A stretch of DNA of 64,000 bases from NCBI GenBank assembly GCA_902515775.1, contig CABXVU010000002.1:72436-136435 (forward strand), in the 5' to 3' direction. Below the pieces are notes generated by a model, which worked only from the letters and a program-made list of their open reading frames with translations, did not search any database and was not told where the DNA came from. Origin of the DNA: an uncultured SAR86 cluster bacterium (lineage in GTDB: Bacteria; Pseudomonadota; Gammaproteobacteria; Magnimaribacterales; D2472). Positions 37,142 to 45,579 of this stretch are shown here, one piece after another. The position numbers and the translations under genes were made by a program. Positions within the stretch are counted from its first letter, which is position 1. Each line of letters opens with the position of its first letter.

Positions 37142-39421
37142 ATGAAAATTAATAAATTAGTATTCTTAGCTCTTGCCATATTCTCTTTCGATTCATTGCA
37201 AGCTAACACCATTGAAGAGGTAGTTGTTACATCCTCAATTATTGATAAGTCTACGAGTGAGATTGCCGACCCAATTCATATTGTTTCTAGCGATGATATT
37301 TCAACCGAAGCTACTCAAAGTTTAGGTGAGACAGTTGATGATCTATTAGGTGTTTCTACTGCTGATTATGGATCAGCTGTTGGACAACCAATTATCAGAG
37401 GTATGTCTGGCTCGAGAGTAAAAATTCTTGATAATGGTATTGTTAATCGAGATGTCTCAGGTCTTGGGGCCGATCATTTTAATGACATAGATCTTGGTAA
37501 TGCACAACAAATAGAGGTCGTTAGAGGACCATCATCTTTGCTTTATACCAATGGAGCAATTGGTGGAATCATCAATGTAGTTGATAACTCTATAGCCATG
37601 GAAGATGTAGAACAACTCGTAAAAGTTGGTGGTGAAACTCAATCGGTTAATGAGGGTAATACCACAACATTTTTCTATCAAGATAATCTAAATAATCTTA
37701 ATGTAAGTTTTGCTTACAAAAATACTGATCTAGAAAACTATGATGTGCCTAATGGTGCAATTATGCATGAAGAGGAAGAGCATCATGATGATGAAGATCA
37801 TGATGAGCATGAAGAAGAGCATGATGAGCATGAAGAAAATCTTGGCTTCTTGGCTAATTCAGATTTTGCATCTGAATCTATGAAATTTGGCGCGTCAGTT
37901 GTAAGTGATAATGGATATCTTGGGTTTTCTATATCAAGTTCTGAAAGTTCTTATGGTATTCCTTTTCATGGAGAAGGACATGAAGAACATGGCGATGAGC
38001 ATGAAGGTGAGGATGAGCATGAAGGTGAAAGAATTTTTACTAATACTGATTCAGATAAATTTGATATCAAAGGTTCATATGATCTAGATGGCTTTAATTT
38101 TGCTAACTCAGTTGATTTCTTTTTTAGAGATTCAGATTATTCTTTTACAGAACAACATGCAGAAGAGGAGCATGAAGAAGAAGAGCATCATGACGAAGAC
38201 GAACATGAGGAAGAGGGCCATGACGAACATGAGGGTCATGCTGAAGAAGGACCAACCACATTTACTAATGATTCTGCTGAAGCAGGATTTATTTTTGATC
38301 TTTCCAATGATCTTTTTTCTCAAAAAATCTCATTCAATCTTGTAAATGAAGATACAGCCATTTTTGGAGCAGAAGCTTTTATGAATTCTGCATCAAGAGA
38401 TGAAGCCACGATTGGATATTACTTAAGTAGAAGTTTTAACGATTTTGAACTAGATTTTGGCGTCAGATTTGACACCATTGATAATAAAGGTTCAGTCTCT
38501 TCAGCGCATGAAGAAGAGCATCATGACGAAGATGAAGAAGAGCATCACGACGAAGATGAAGAAGAGCATCATGATGAGCATGAAGAAATGGAAACTGACT
38601 ATTATGATAAATCCTTTGATAGCTCAAGTATTGCTTTCAATATTGGAAGGCAACTTAATGACTTTATTGATGTAAACCTTGGCTTTGCATCTGTTGAAAG
38701 AGCTCCTTCTTCAATTGAAATGTTCATGAATGGTGCACATTTGGCAACAGGAAGATTTGAGGTTGGTAATGTAAATCTAAATTCTGAGACTTCAAATAAT
38801 ATTGATTTTTCTGTCAATATTAATAATGGAAGTTTCTTCGCTTCAGCTATTGTTTTTGTGAATGATGTAGAAAATTACATTTATCTTCAAGACGAAACTG
38901 AGGAAGAGCATGAAGAGCATGATGAAGAGCATGAGGAGGGCCATGACGATCATGGCGGCTTGATTCTGGCGAATTATTTGCAACAAGATGCTGAACTAGA
39001 TGGATACGAAATTGAATTTGGTAACACTTTTGAGTTAGCTTCTGGCGAACTTTTAATGTCTTATGGCAGAGATGAGATTAATGGAGAATTTTCTAATGGC
39101 GGAAATATTCCAAGATTAAATCCTGCAAGAAACATCTATAAATTAAAATATTCTCAAGACGATATGAGCTTTGGATTAATGTTTAAAGATGTTGAGGAGC
39201 AAAACGATATTGGATTGGGTGAAACTGCAACCGCTGCTTATGATATGTTGAATGCTAAGTTCACTAAGACTTTTGATTTAGATAGTCAAAGTCAATTAAC
39301 TCTCTCAATATTTGGAAATAATTTAACTGATGAAGTTGCAAGAAATCATTCTTCATATGTTAAAAAAGAAGTTCCACTGCCAGGAAGAAATTATGGAGTT
39401 AGATTTAATTTAACTTTCTAA
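37142..39421 (+). CDS. TonB-dependent receptor, ZnuD-like, with five His/Glu-rich loops
   Basis: TonB box IEEVVVTS, GQPIIRGM, IEVVRGP--LLY, GAHLAT-RFE, ARNHSSY-K-...PLPGRN, terminal Phe; SD AGGAGG at 37132. Confidence 0.88.
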   Translation: MKINKLVFLALAIFSFDSLQANTIEEVVVTSSIIDKSTSEIADPIHIVSSDDISTEATQSLGETVDDLLGVSTADYGSAVGQPIIRGMSGSRVKILDNGIVNRDVSGLGADHFNDIDLGNAQQIEVVRGPSSLLYTNGAIGGIINVVDNSIAMEDVEQLVKVGGETQSVNEGNTTTFFYQDNLNNLNVSFAYKNTDLENYDVPNGAIMHEEEEHHDDEDHDEHEEEHDEHEENLGFLANSDFASESMKFGASVVSDNGYLGFSISSSESSYGIPFHGEGHEEHGDEHEGEDEHEGERIFTNTDSDKFDIKGSYDLDGFNFANSVDFFFRDSDYSFTEQHAEEEHEEEEHHDEDEHEEEGHDEHEGHAEEGPTTFTNDSAEAGFIFDLSNDLFSQKISFNLVNEDTAIFGAEAFMNSASRDEATIGYYLSRSFNDFELDFGVRFDTIDNKGSVSSAHEEEHHDEDEEEHHDEDEEEHHDEHEEMETDYYDKSFDSSSIAFNIGRQLNDFIDVNLGFASVERAPSSIEMFMNGAHLATGRFEVGNVNLNSETSNNIDFSVNINNGSFFASAIVFVNDVENYIYLQDETEEEHEEHDEEHEEGHDDHGGLILANYLQQDAELDGYEIEFGNTFELASGELLMSYGRDEINGEFSNGGNIPRLNPARNIYKLKYSQDDMSFGLMFKDVEEQNDIGLGETATAAYDMLNAKFTKTFDLDSQSQLTLSIFGNNLTDEVARNHSSYVKKEVPLPGRNYGVRFNLTF
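38507..38587 (+). repeat. In-frame 24-bp tandem repeat encoding EEEHHDED
   Basis: GAAGAAGAGCATCA(T/C)GACGAAGAT about three times. Related His/Glu blocks at about 37766-37837, 37967-38029, 38156-38248 and 38891-38953. Confidence 0.85.
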
Positions 39422-39442
39422 ATTCTAAGATATAATATATCT

Positions 39443-39484
39443 AAAACCGGGGGCTTGCTTATATTAAGCCCTCGGTTTTTTTTT
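39443..39484 (+). terminator. Intrinsic terminator after the ZnuD-like receptor
   Basis: AAAACCGGGGGCTT-loop-AAGCCCTCGG followed by T9. Confidence 0.85.
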
Positions 39485-39520
39485 ATTTATAATTCACTAA
39501 AAAAATTTATATTTACTAAT

Positions 39521-42100
39521 ATGAAAAAAATTAATTGCATTTACATGGCTATTATTTTTTTTGGAACTATTACTCTTGTTGCAGAAGAAACTGAGGAGGT
39601 TATTGCAGTTGCCTCATACATAGAATCAAGCGAACTGGACGCATCACCTGTGGATATTATTTCTGCTGAGGAATTTAAAAATTTAAGAGTTTCAACCGTA
39701 GCTGAGTTAAGTAAATATCTTAGTATTGCTTCAGGCTCTCATTTTCAAACTAATGCCTTAGATGGAATAGATCAAGGCATGGCCACAATAACTTTAAGGG
39801 GCCTAGGTCATTCATCAACCTTGGTTCTAGTAAATAAAAAAAGACAGACTCATTCAGGAACACCTTCTGATGAAGGAGAAGGATACATTGACATAAATAT
39901 TATTCCTGAAATAGCGCTTGAAAGAATAGAAATTCTTAAAGATGGGGCAACATCATTATATGGATCTGATGCCATTGCAGGAGTAATTAACTTTCAAACA
40001 TATCAACAGTTTGACGGGATGCGTTTTTTATTAGGCTCTCAAAAGACTAGTAATTATGACCAAAGAGATAAAACTATAGGTGTCTTGTTTGGCGGCAAGT
40101 TTTGGGAGGGCAATTATGTATTAGCGCTAAGTTCCTTAAATAAATCACCACTAAATGCGGCAAGCATACCTAAATTCGCAGAACTTGGTCTAAGCGGCTT
40201 GGGCAACAGTTTCAAAATCACACAAGCTGACTCAGTTGCAACAGGAACATACGCAGGAAGTTATAGCAAAAATCAAACAATTCCAGATCCAAATTGCATA
40301 AAAAATGGAGGAGTAATTGCCGGTCCAAGATGCAAGTTCTTGTATGGTGAAAGATTCAACATAGTAAATGATGAAGACCACTTAAAAGGATATTTCCATT
40401 TTGTGAAATCTATTTTTGATATAGATTATTCGATGACTTTGATGACAGCCTCAATTGATGTCAATGATAATCCTCAATCTCCGTCCTATCCAGCTTTGTC
40501 GTATTTATCTAAAGAGATTTTTCCAGGTCAGGGAGGCAGTCCATTTAACGTGCCGGTTATTTGGTATGGCAGACCTTTAGGCTCTGCATTTCCATCACCA
40601 AATTCACCTAAAGCTATCACGCAATATCATTTCAGCAATACTTTAAATTTTAATATGGCCAAAGATTTAAATTTTGAATTATCTTTGACAGCAAGCGAAC
40701 ATGAGAATAAGCATCAGCGTCCAGATACAATAGAGTCAAGATTTGAAGATGCAATTTTAGGAAGAGGCGGTCCTGACGGCAATGAGCAATGGAATATATT
40801 TTTGCCATTAGAAAATTCAGTTACTCTGATAGATTACATCAAAGGTTCAGAGACCTCTCTTAAGATTGGTAGCTTGTTATCTTTGGATGGAATTCTTACT
40901 GGTAACAAAAATGGAATTAACTTTGCTTTTGGTTTTCAATTCAATGCAGAAGATTTAGAAATTAATTATTCTGAGACCAGCAGAGCTGAATTTGATCAAG
41001 ATGGAAAGTTAACCAAAGCTGCCGATTTATTATTCTTGGGCGGCGGTAAAAACGTTGACACTAGTAGAAATAAACAAGCTATTTTTTTTGAAACAAATAA
41101 GAATTTTGAAAATGTTTTAGATTTAATTTTATCTGGTCGCTATGAAAGACTTGATAATAACTCCTCATTCGATCCAAGAATTTCTTTTAAGTATTTAGCT
41201 TCAGAAAATTTCTTTTTACGAGGTTCATTTGGAACTTCTTTTACTGCTCCTTCGATGGCACAGATGTTTTCATCTGAGATTCAGCTTGGTAGCGTTAGAG
41301 ATATTAATGATTCTCCATTCGTACGTTTAGCATTATTAGGGAATCAATACTTAAAGCCTGCAACATCTGAAAATATTAATTTTGGTTTTAAATGGAATGT
41401 TACGAATGAATTAGATTTGATAATAGATTATTGGAAAATTGATTATAAAAATCGAATTGAAGTAGAAAGTCCTCAGGTATTACTAAATACTGATCCTTTT
41501 GCACCAAGTGTTACTAGAAATCAATTTGGAGAGTTAATAGCAGTAAGCACATCATATTTTAATGAAGAAAAAACTGAAGTTAGTGGCATTGATGCTGAAA
41601 TAAACTTTTTAAAAATTGTAGAAATTGGAGAATTCAGCTATTCCATTAAGGCAACACAATTGTCCGAATTCCTGACACCTGAAAATCAAGGTGGAGATAA
41701 TTTTAATATGGTTAACAGGGTTGGAAATTTTAACTTTGATGCTAATACTCATTCCTTGCCTAAATTGAGATTAAATTCATTCTTCAGCTGGACAATTAAT
41801 GATTTAAAGATTGGTATAAATTCAAGGTATGTTGATGGATATTCAAATGACCGTCAGATCCCTGCATCTGCTATAAGTTTAGGTTATACAAATTACGTTA
41901 AATCTTTTTTAGTACACGATTTTTCAATTATTAAGTCGTTTCAGCTTTCTTCTAGCGAAATAAAATTTGGCATGGGAATTATCAATGCTTTTGATAAGCA
42001 GGCACCTCTTTTATATGACGCTCCAGACTTTAGTTTTGATACAAGAGTGCATGATCCAAGAGGTCGATTAATTAATTTAACATTGGAACTTAATTTATAA
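39521..42100 (+). CDS. TonB-dependent receptor, substrate unknown
   Basis: Start moved to ATG 39521 (signal peptide). Plug motifs LRGLG--STLVLVN and ERIEILKDGATSLYGSDAIAGVIN; C-terminal DPRGR. Confidence 0.88.
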   Translation: MKKINCIYMAIIFFGTITLVAEETEEVIAVASYIESSELDASPVDIISAEEFKNLRVSTVAELSKYLSIASGSHFQTNALDGIDQGMATITLRGLGHSSTLVLVNKKRQTHSGTPSDEGEGYIDINIIPEIALERIEILKDGATSLYGSDAIAGVINFQTYQQFDGMRFLLGSQKTSNYDQRDKTIGVLFGGKFWEGNYVLALSSLNKSPLNAASIPKFAELGLSGLGNSFKITQADSVATGTYAGSYSKNQTIPDPNCIKNGGVIAGPRCKFLYGERFNIVNDEDHLKGYFHFVKSIFDIDYSMTLMTASIDVNDNPQSPSYPALSYLSKEIFPGQGGSPFNVPVIWYGRPLGSAFPSPNSPKAITQYHFSNTLNFNMAKDLNFELSLTASEHENKHQRPDTIESRFEDAILGRGGPDGNEQWNIFLPLENSVTLIDYIKGSETSLKIGSLLSLDGILTGNKNGINFAFGFQFNAEDLEINYSETSRAEFDQDGKLTKAADLLFLGGGKNVDTSRNKQAIFFETNKNFENVLDLILSGRYERLDNNSSFDPRISFKYLASENFFLRGSFGTSFTAPSMAQMFSSEIQLGSVRDINDSPFVRLALLGNQYLKPATSENINFGFKWNVTNELDLIIDYWKIDYKNRIEVESPQVLLNTDPFAPSVTRNQFGELIAVSTSYFNEEKTEVSGIDAEINFLKIVEIGEFSYSIKATQLSEFLTPENQGGDNFNMVNRVGNFNFDANTHSLPKLRLNSFFSWTINDLKIGINSRYVDGYSNDRQIPASAISLGYTNYVKSFLVHDFSIIKSFQLSSSEIKFGMGIINAFDKQAPLLYDAPDFSFDTRVHDPRGRLINLTLELNL

Positions 42101-42227
42101 AAAATCATGAAGGACCTAGCTAAAGGCCCTTCATTATTATCTAAGGGGGAAAAATGTACGCTAAGCATTTAATGAATTTGTATTCAACTTCTATATTTGG
42201 GGGAAAGAATGAATACTTAGCGTACAT
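42099..42227 (-). ncRNA. Putative novel sigma54-dependent small RNA (~125 nt)
   Basis: 16-bp 5' stem (42227-42212 with 42169-42154), two UUUCCCCC motifs, 11-bp terminator hairpin (42134-42107) plus U6. G-U wobbles work only on the minus strand. Confidence 0.7.
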
Positions 42228-42236
42228 ATAACTTAA

Positions 42237-42253
42237 TGCAATTTACGTGCCAA
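42237..42253 (-). promoter_or_regulatory. Sigma54 (-24/-12) promoter
   Basis: Minus strand reads TTGGCACGTAAATTGCA, matching the consensus TGGCAC-N5-TTGC. Confidence 0.8.
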
Positions 42254-42316
42254 TGATAAATTTTTTGAATGATATTCTATTTATTGTTATAAATAAAAGA
42301 TCAGAAATGAAGAAAT

Positions 42317-42832
42317 ATGAGAATTAACCTTAACCAAGATAGTGATAGTGTCATGACAGGCCCTGGTGAACACTATGCAAAGGAAATATCTGGAGCTGGG
42401 AATGCATTTGCATTAGCAATATATGAACATAGCAAGCTTCCATTAAGGGTCTTTGAAGCTGCTCGAATTGCAACGGCGATGATTAATGGTTGTATGATTT
42501 GTATGAATTGGCAGTCAAAAAGAGACGTGCATCAAATGGGTATTACTAAGGGCGTTATTGAAAATGGTGAAGCACCTAATAAAGACTTTTACTCTAATTT
42601 ACTCAGTGAGAATTATGTTCATTTATCTAAAAAGGAGTTATTGGCAGTCAAATTTGCTAAAGCTATGGGTGAAGACCCAAAAGGATTATCTAATGATGAA
42701 AAATTTTGGGTTGAGGTAAAGGATGTTTTTTCAGATGCAGAGATTACGGATCTAACCTATTGTATTGCTGGATGGATGGGTATGGGTAGAGTTGCTCATG
42801 TGCTGGGTTTAGATCAGAATTGTGAGATGTAA
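42317..42832 (+). CDS. Carboxymuconolactone decarboxylase / AhpD-like protein
   Basis: EAARIATAMINGCMIC (CxxC) and FSDAEITDLT. Confidence 0.75.
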   Translation: MRINLNQDSDSVMTGPGEHYAKEISGAGNAFALAIYEHSKLPLRVFEAARIATAMINGCMICMNWQSKRDVHQMGITKGVIENGEAPNKDFYSNLLSENYVHLSKKELLAVKFAKAMGEDPKGLSNDEKFWVEVKDVFSDAEITDLTYCIAGWMGMGRVAHVLGLDQNCEM

Positions 42833-42837
42833 AATTT

Positions 42838-42942
42838 ATGAAAAAAGAAAATAAGTTAGAGAAAGAATTCAAGTTTGCAAGATATATGTATGCTTTAATA
42901 TATCTCAGTCTGGTAATCCTTCTATTGATTATTTATTTGTAG
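42838..42942 (+). CDS. Small single-pass membrane protein (34 aa; absent from the ORF track)
   Basis: MKKENKLEKEFKFARYMYALIYLSLVILLLIIYL: charged N-terminus then one TM helix; 5 bp after the upstream stop. Confidence 0.5.
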   Translation: MKKENKLEKEFKFARYMYALIYLSLVILLLIIYL

Positions 42943-42954
42943 TTTTTTAGGAAA

Positions 42955-43030
<76 letters not shown>

Positions 43031-43142
43031 AAAGATCGAAATTTTACAACAATAAATTAATTGAGGGAAGTTCATAAACAGAGCCGCTAAAAATATAAAT
43101 TATGTGTATAATTAAGACATTATTAATTCTCAGAGATAACTT

Positions 43143-43877
43143 ATGAAAAAATTATTTTTACTTTCAACGCTGTTTTTAAGTATTGGAATTTATGCGGATG
43201 ATCATCTGCCAGAAAACTTTTCAATGTACCAAGCAAATTTTTTGTTTAATTGCCCAGAGGCTGAAAAATGCTTTGCTGCTTTTGATAAATATATGAATTC
43301 ACCAATTGTTGCAAAAGAAAAATTCGAAGTTGATTTTCTTGCTCTGCAACAAAATGGTTGGGATGATTCAACTCATGCAGTGGTCTGGTATTACAAAGAC
43401 GCCGATCAATATGCAAAAGCTGGTGAAATTTTTGCAACCTCTCAAGAAGGAAGAGATTTTAGAAAAGCTATGAATGATATTGAGGCTGAAATTATTTCCG
43501 ATACATTAACTGTGCATACAGTGGGCGTAAGTCTTAAAGGAGATACCACATCCAACAGAGTATCGCTTCGATGGAGTCTAGAGGTAACCGATGCAGAAAA
43601 ATTTCTGCCATTGTGGACAAAATTTGCAAAAAGTCTTGAAGGTTACGATTGGGCATACAATGCTTATGGGTTGCAGTCTCATTATTTAGGAAATAATGGA
43701 AATGGAATTTCTCATGAAATTTGGGGCTCATTCAGTTCACCTCAGGACGCTTTAACATTTTTAAGTGAGCTTTATGCTTCTGAGGAATTTGCAGAGTATG
43801 CTCCGGAGGCAGACAAATACAGTATTTTTAAAAGATCATATATGGAAGTAAGCTTAAAGCAGTACAATCCTGACTGA
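43143..43877 (+). CDS. Secreted hypothetical protein, apparently two similar halves
   Basis: Signal peptide ending IYA/DDH; repeated pattern ..AEK(C)F...(F/W)xK.. in both halves. Confidence 0.7.
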   Translation: MKKLFLLSTLFLSIGIYADDHLPENFSMYQANFLFNCPEAEKCFAAFDKYMNSPIVAKEKFEVDFLALQQNGWDDSTHAVVWYYKDADQYAKAGEIFATSQEGRDFRKAMNDIEAEIISDTLTVHTVGVSLKGDTTSNRVSLRWSLEVTDAEKFLPLWTKFAKSLEGYDWAYNAYGLQSHYLGNNGNGISHEIWGSFSSPQDALTFLSELYASEEFAEYAPEADKYSIFKRSYMEVSLKQYNPD

Positions 43878-43893
43878 TTAACACAATTTAAAT

Positions 43894-43920
43894 AAATGGC
43901 CTCAATTTGAGGCCATTTTT
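43894..43920. terminator. Bidirectional intrinsic terminator
   Basis: AAATGGCCTCA-ATT-TGAGGCCATTTTT between convergent genes. Confidence 0.85.
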
Positions 43921-44473
43921 ATATTCTTAACTCACAACCCGTTCCACCAAGACCACAATATCCGTTAGGATTTTTATCAAGATACTGTTGATGATATTCT
44001 TCTGCAAGAAAATACGTATCTTCTTTTTTTACTTCAGTTGTAATCATTCCAAGATTGCGCTCACTCAGACTTTCTTGATATTTGACAAGGCTTTCATTGA
44101 TGGTTATTAAATCTTCATCATTTGAAGAGTAACAGACTGATCGATATTGAGTGCCAACGTCATTGCCTTGCCTCATTCCTTGGGTAGGATCATGACATTC
44201 CCAAAATATTTTTAGTAACTCCATGAGAGAAATAATCGCGGGATCATAATCTACTTTTACAACCTCAGCATGACCTGTTATGCCAGCACAAACCAATTCA
44301 TAGCTTGGTTCGTTATGATCACCACCAGCATAACCAACCGATGTCATAACTACACCAGGCAGAGACCAAAATTTTCTTTCCACTCCCCAAAAACATCCAG
44401 CTCCAAATACTACTGATTGTATTGATGATGATTGATCATGATTAATTTCTTTCTTGAAAACAGTATGGTTCAT
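43919..44473 (-). CDS. msrA: Peptide methionine sulfoxide reductase A
   Basis: GCFWG, GYAGG, TGHAE, QGNDVGTQYRS, AEEYHQQYL. Confidence 0.96.
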   Translation of the reverse strand: MNHTVFKKEINHDQSSSIQSVVFGAGCFWGVERKFWSLPGVVMTSVGYAGGDHNEPSYELVCAGITGHAEVVKVDYDPAIISLMELLKIFWECHDPTQGMRQGNDVGTQYRSVCYSSNDEDLITINESLVKYQESLSERNLGMITTEVKKEDTYFLAEEYHQQYLDKNPNGYCGLGGTGCELRI

Positions 44474-44477
44474 AAAT

Positions 44478-45224
44478 TTAATATATCCCTTTAATTGAAC
44501 ATTCTCCTGAACTAATGGATTTCAACTCATTCGATGTTTTTAAGAGCATGTTACCTTTTTCGTCGACTCCTTGAAAGATACCAACTTCTTCATCTTGTTG
44601 ATTATTAGATATAACTTTTAACTCATCACCAATATGCATGCATCTTTTTTCCCAGGCTGCTAACCAATCTGGGTAGCCGTTTTCTGCATAATAAATAATT
44701 GCATGTAAGATTGAATTTATAAGTTTTTCCCTTGGCATTATTTTAGCAAGCTTGCCAATTTCTCCCCACCAGGACTCTTTTTTAGGCAGAGCATAATTTA
44801 TTCCTATGCCAACTATGAATTCTATTTCACCATTTATAATTTCTGATTCAACTAAAATGCCACATATTTTTTGTTTATTTATTAAAAGATCATTTGGCCA
44901 TTTTAGCCCTGCATTAATTTTTTTACCTGATACAGATTCGATAGACTCAGATATTAGAAGTCCGATAATAAGACTTAATGGGATGTTATTTTTATCCTTG
45001 AATTTGATCGTCATGTAGATATTGCCACTATCTGGGCTGTACCATTGCTTTCCATGCCTGCCTCTCCCGGCGGTTTGTTGTTCAGAAATTACAATTAAGA
45101 AGTTTTTAAGTAATTCTTTGTCTTTAGCAAATGTATTTGTTGAATCTACTGTTTCAAGTAGATAAAAGTCTATATTTTCACGATTTAAGCCTTCCAAAAC
45201 GCCTTTTTGTGTTAATTTGTGCAA
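44478..45224 (-). CDS. birA: Biotin--[acetyl-CoA-carboxylase] ligase without HTH (group I)
   Basis: DSTN, QTAGRGR, KWPND, KICGILVE, GIGIN; TTG start. Confidence 0.92.
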   Translation of the reverse strand: MHKLTQKGVLEGLNRENIDFYLLETVDSTNTFAKDKELLKNFLIVISEQQTAGRGRHGKQWYSPDSGNIYMTIKFKDKNNIPLSLIIGLLISESIESVSGKKINAGLKWPNDLLINKQKICGILVESEIINGEIEFIVGIGINYALPKKESWWGEIGKLAKIMPREKLINSILHAIIYYAENGYPDWLAAWEKRCMHIGDELKVISNNQQDEEVGIFQGVDEKGNMLLKTSNELKSISSGECSIKGIY

Positions 45225-45283
45225 GTTATTATTAATCTAGTTGACTTCACCTCATTCTAGAACAAAAATAGCACCCTTGAAAT

Positions 45284-45368
45284 GGAGGAGTGGCCGAGTG
45301 GTTAAAGGCGGCAGACTGTAAATCTGTTCTCTATGAGTACGTTGGTTCGAATCCAGCCTCCTCCACCA
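45284..45368 (+). tRNA. tRNA-Tyr(GTA)
   Basis: GGAGGAGTGGCCGAGTGG...CTGTAAA...long variable arm...GTTCGAATCC...CCA, 85 nt. Confidence 0.96.
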
Positions 45369-45398
45369 TTTTTAATAGAATATTTACTGTTAAAAAGG

Positions 45399-45435
45399 TT
45401 GAGTTTATCAATTTTTAAGGGGATAATACGCCACC
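45399..45435 (+). promoter_or_regulatory. Putative promoter for tRNA-Thr-tuf
   Basis: TTGAGT-17 bp-GATAAT followed by GC-rich discriminator ACGCCACC. Confidence 0.5.
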
Positions 45436-45458
45436 TTAAATTGGATACTGTAATTCGG

Positions 45459-45533
45459 GCTCATATAGCTCAGCGGTAGAGCACTTGCTTGGTAAGTAAG
45501 AGGTCACCGGTTCAAGTCCGGTTATGAGCTCCA
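45459..45533 (+). tRNA. tRNA-Thr(GGT)
   Basis: GCTCATATAGCTCAGCGGTAGAGC...TTGGTAA...GTTCAAGTCC...GAGCTCCA. Confidence 0.96.
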
Positions 45534-45579
45534 TTTTGTAGGTAACAATAAGAGTTAATTTCAAAAAGAGAGGCAAGAA

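Noticed and set aside
37766-38953. Repeated GAAGAGCATCATGA units as a possible CRISPR or non-coding repeat array
   Set aside because: In-frame coding low complexity, with no constant repeat plus unique spacer structure and no cas genes.
39455-39520. Longer ORF-track starts (39455, 29593, 10383, 63049)
   Set aside because: They begin inside terminators, operators or upstream genes; downstream ATGs give sensible N-termini.
41941-42168. 75-aa minus-strand ORF overlapping the receptor end
   Set aside because: It is antisense to the receptor C-terminus and is interrupted by the predicted minus-strand terminator.
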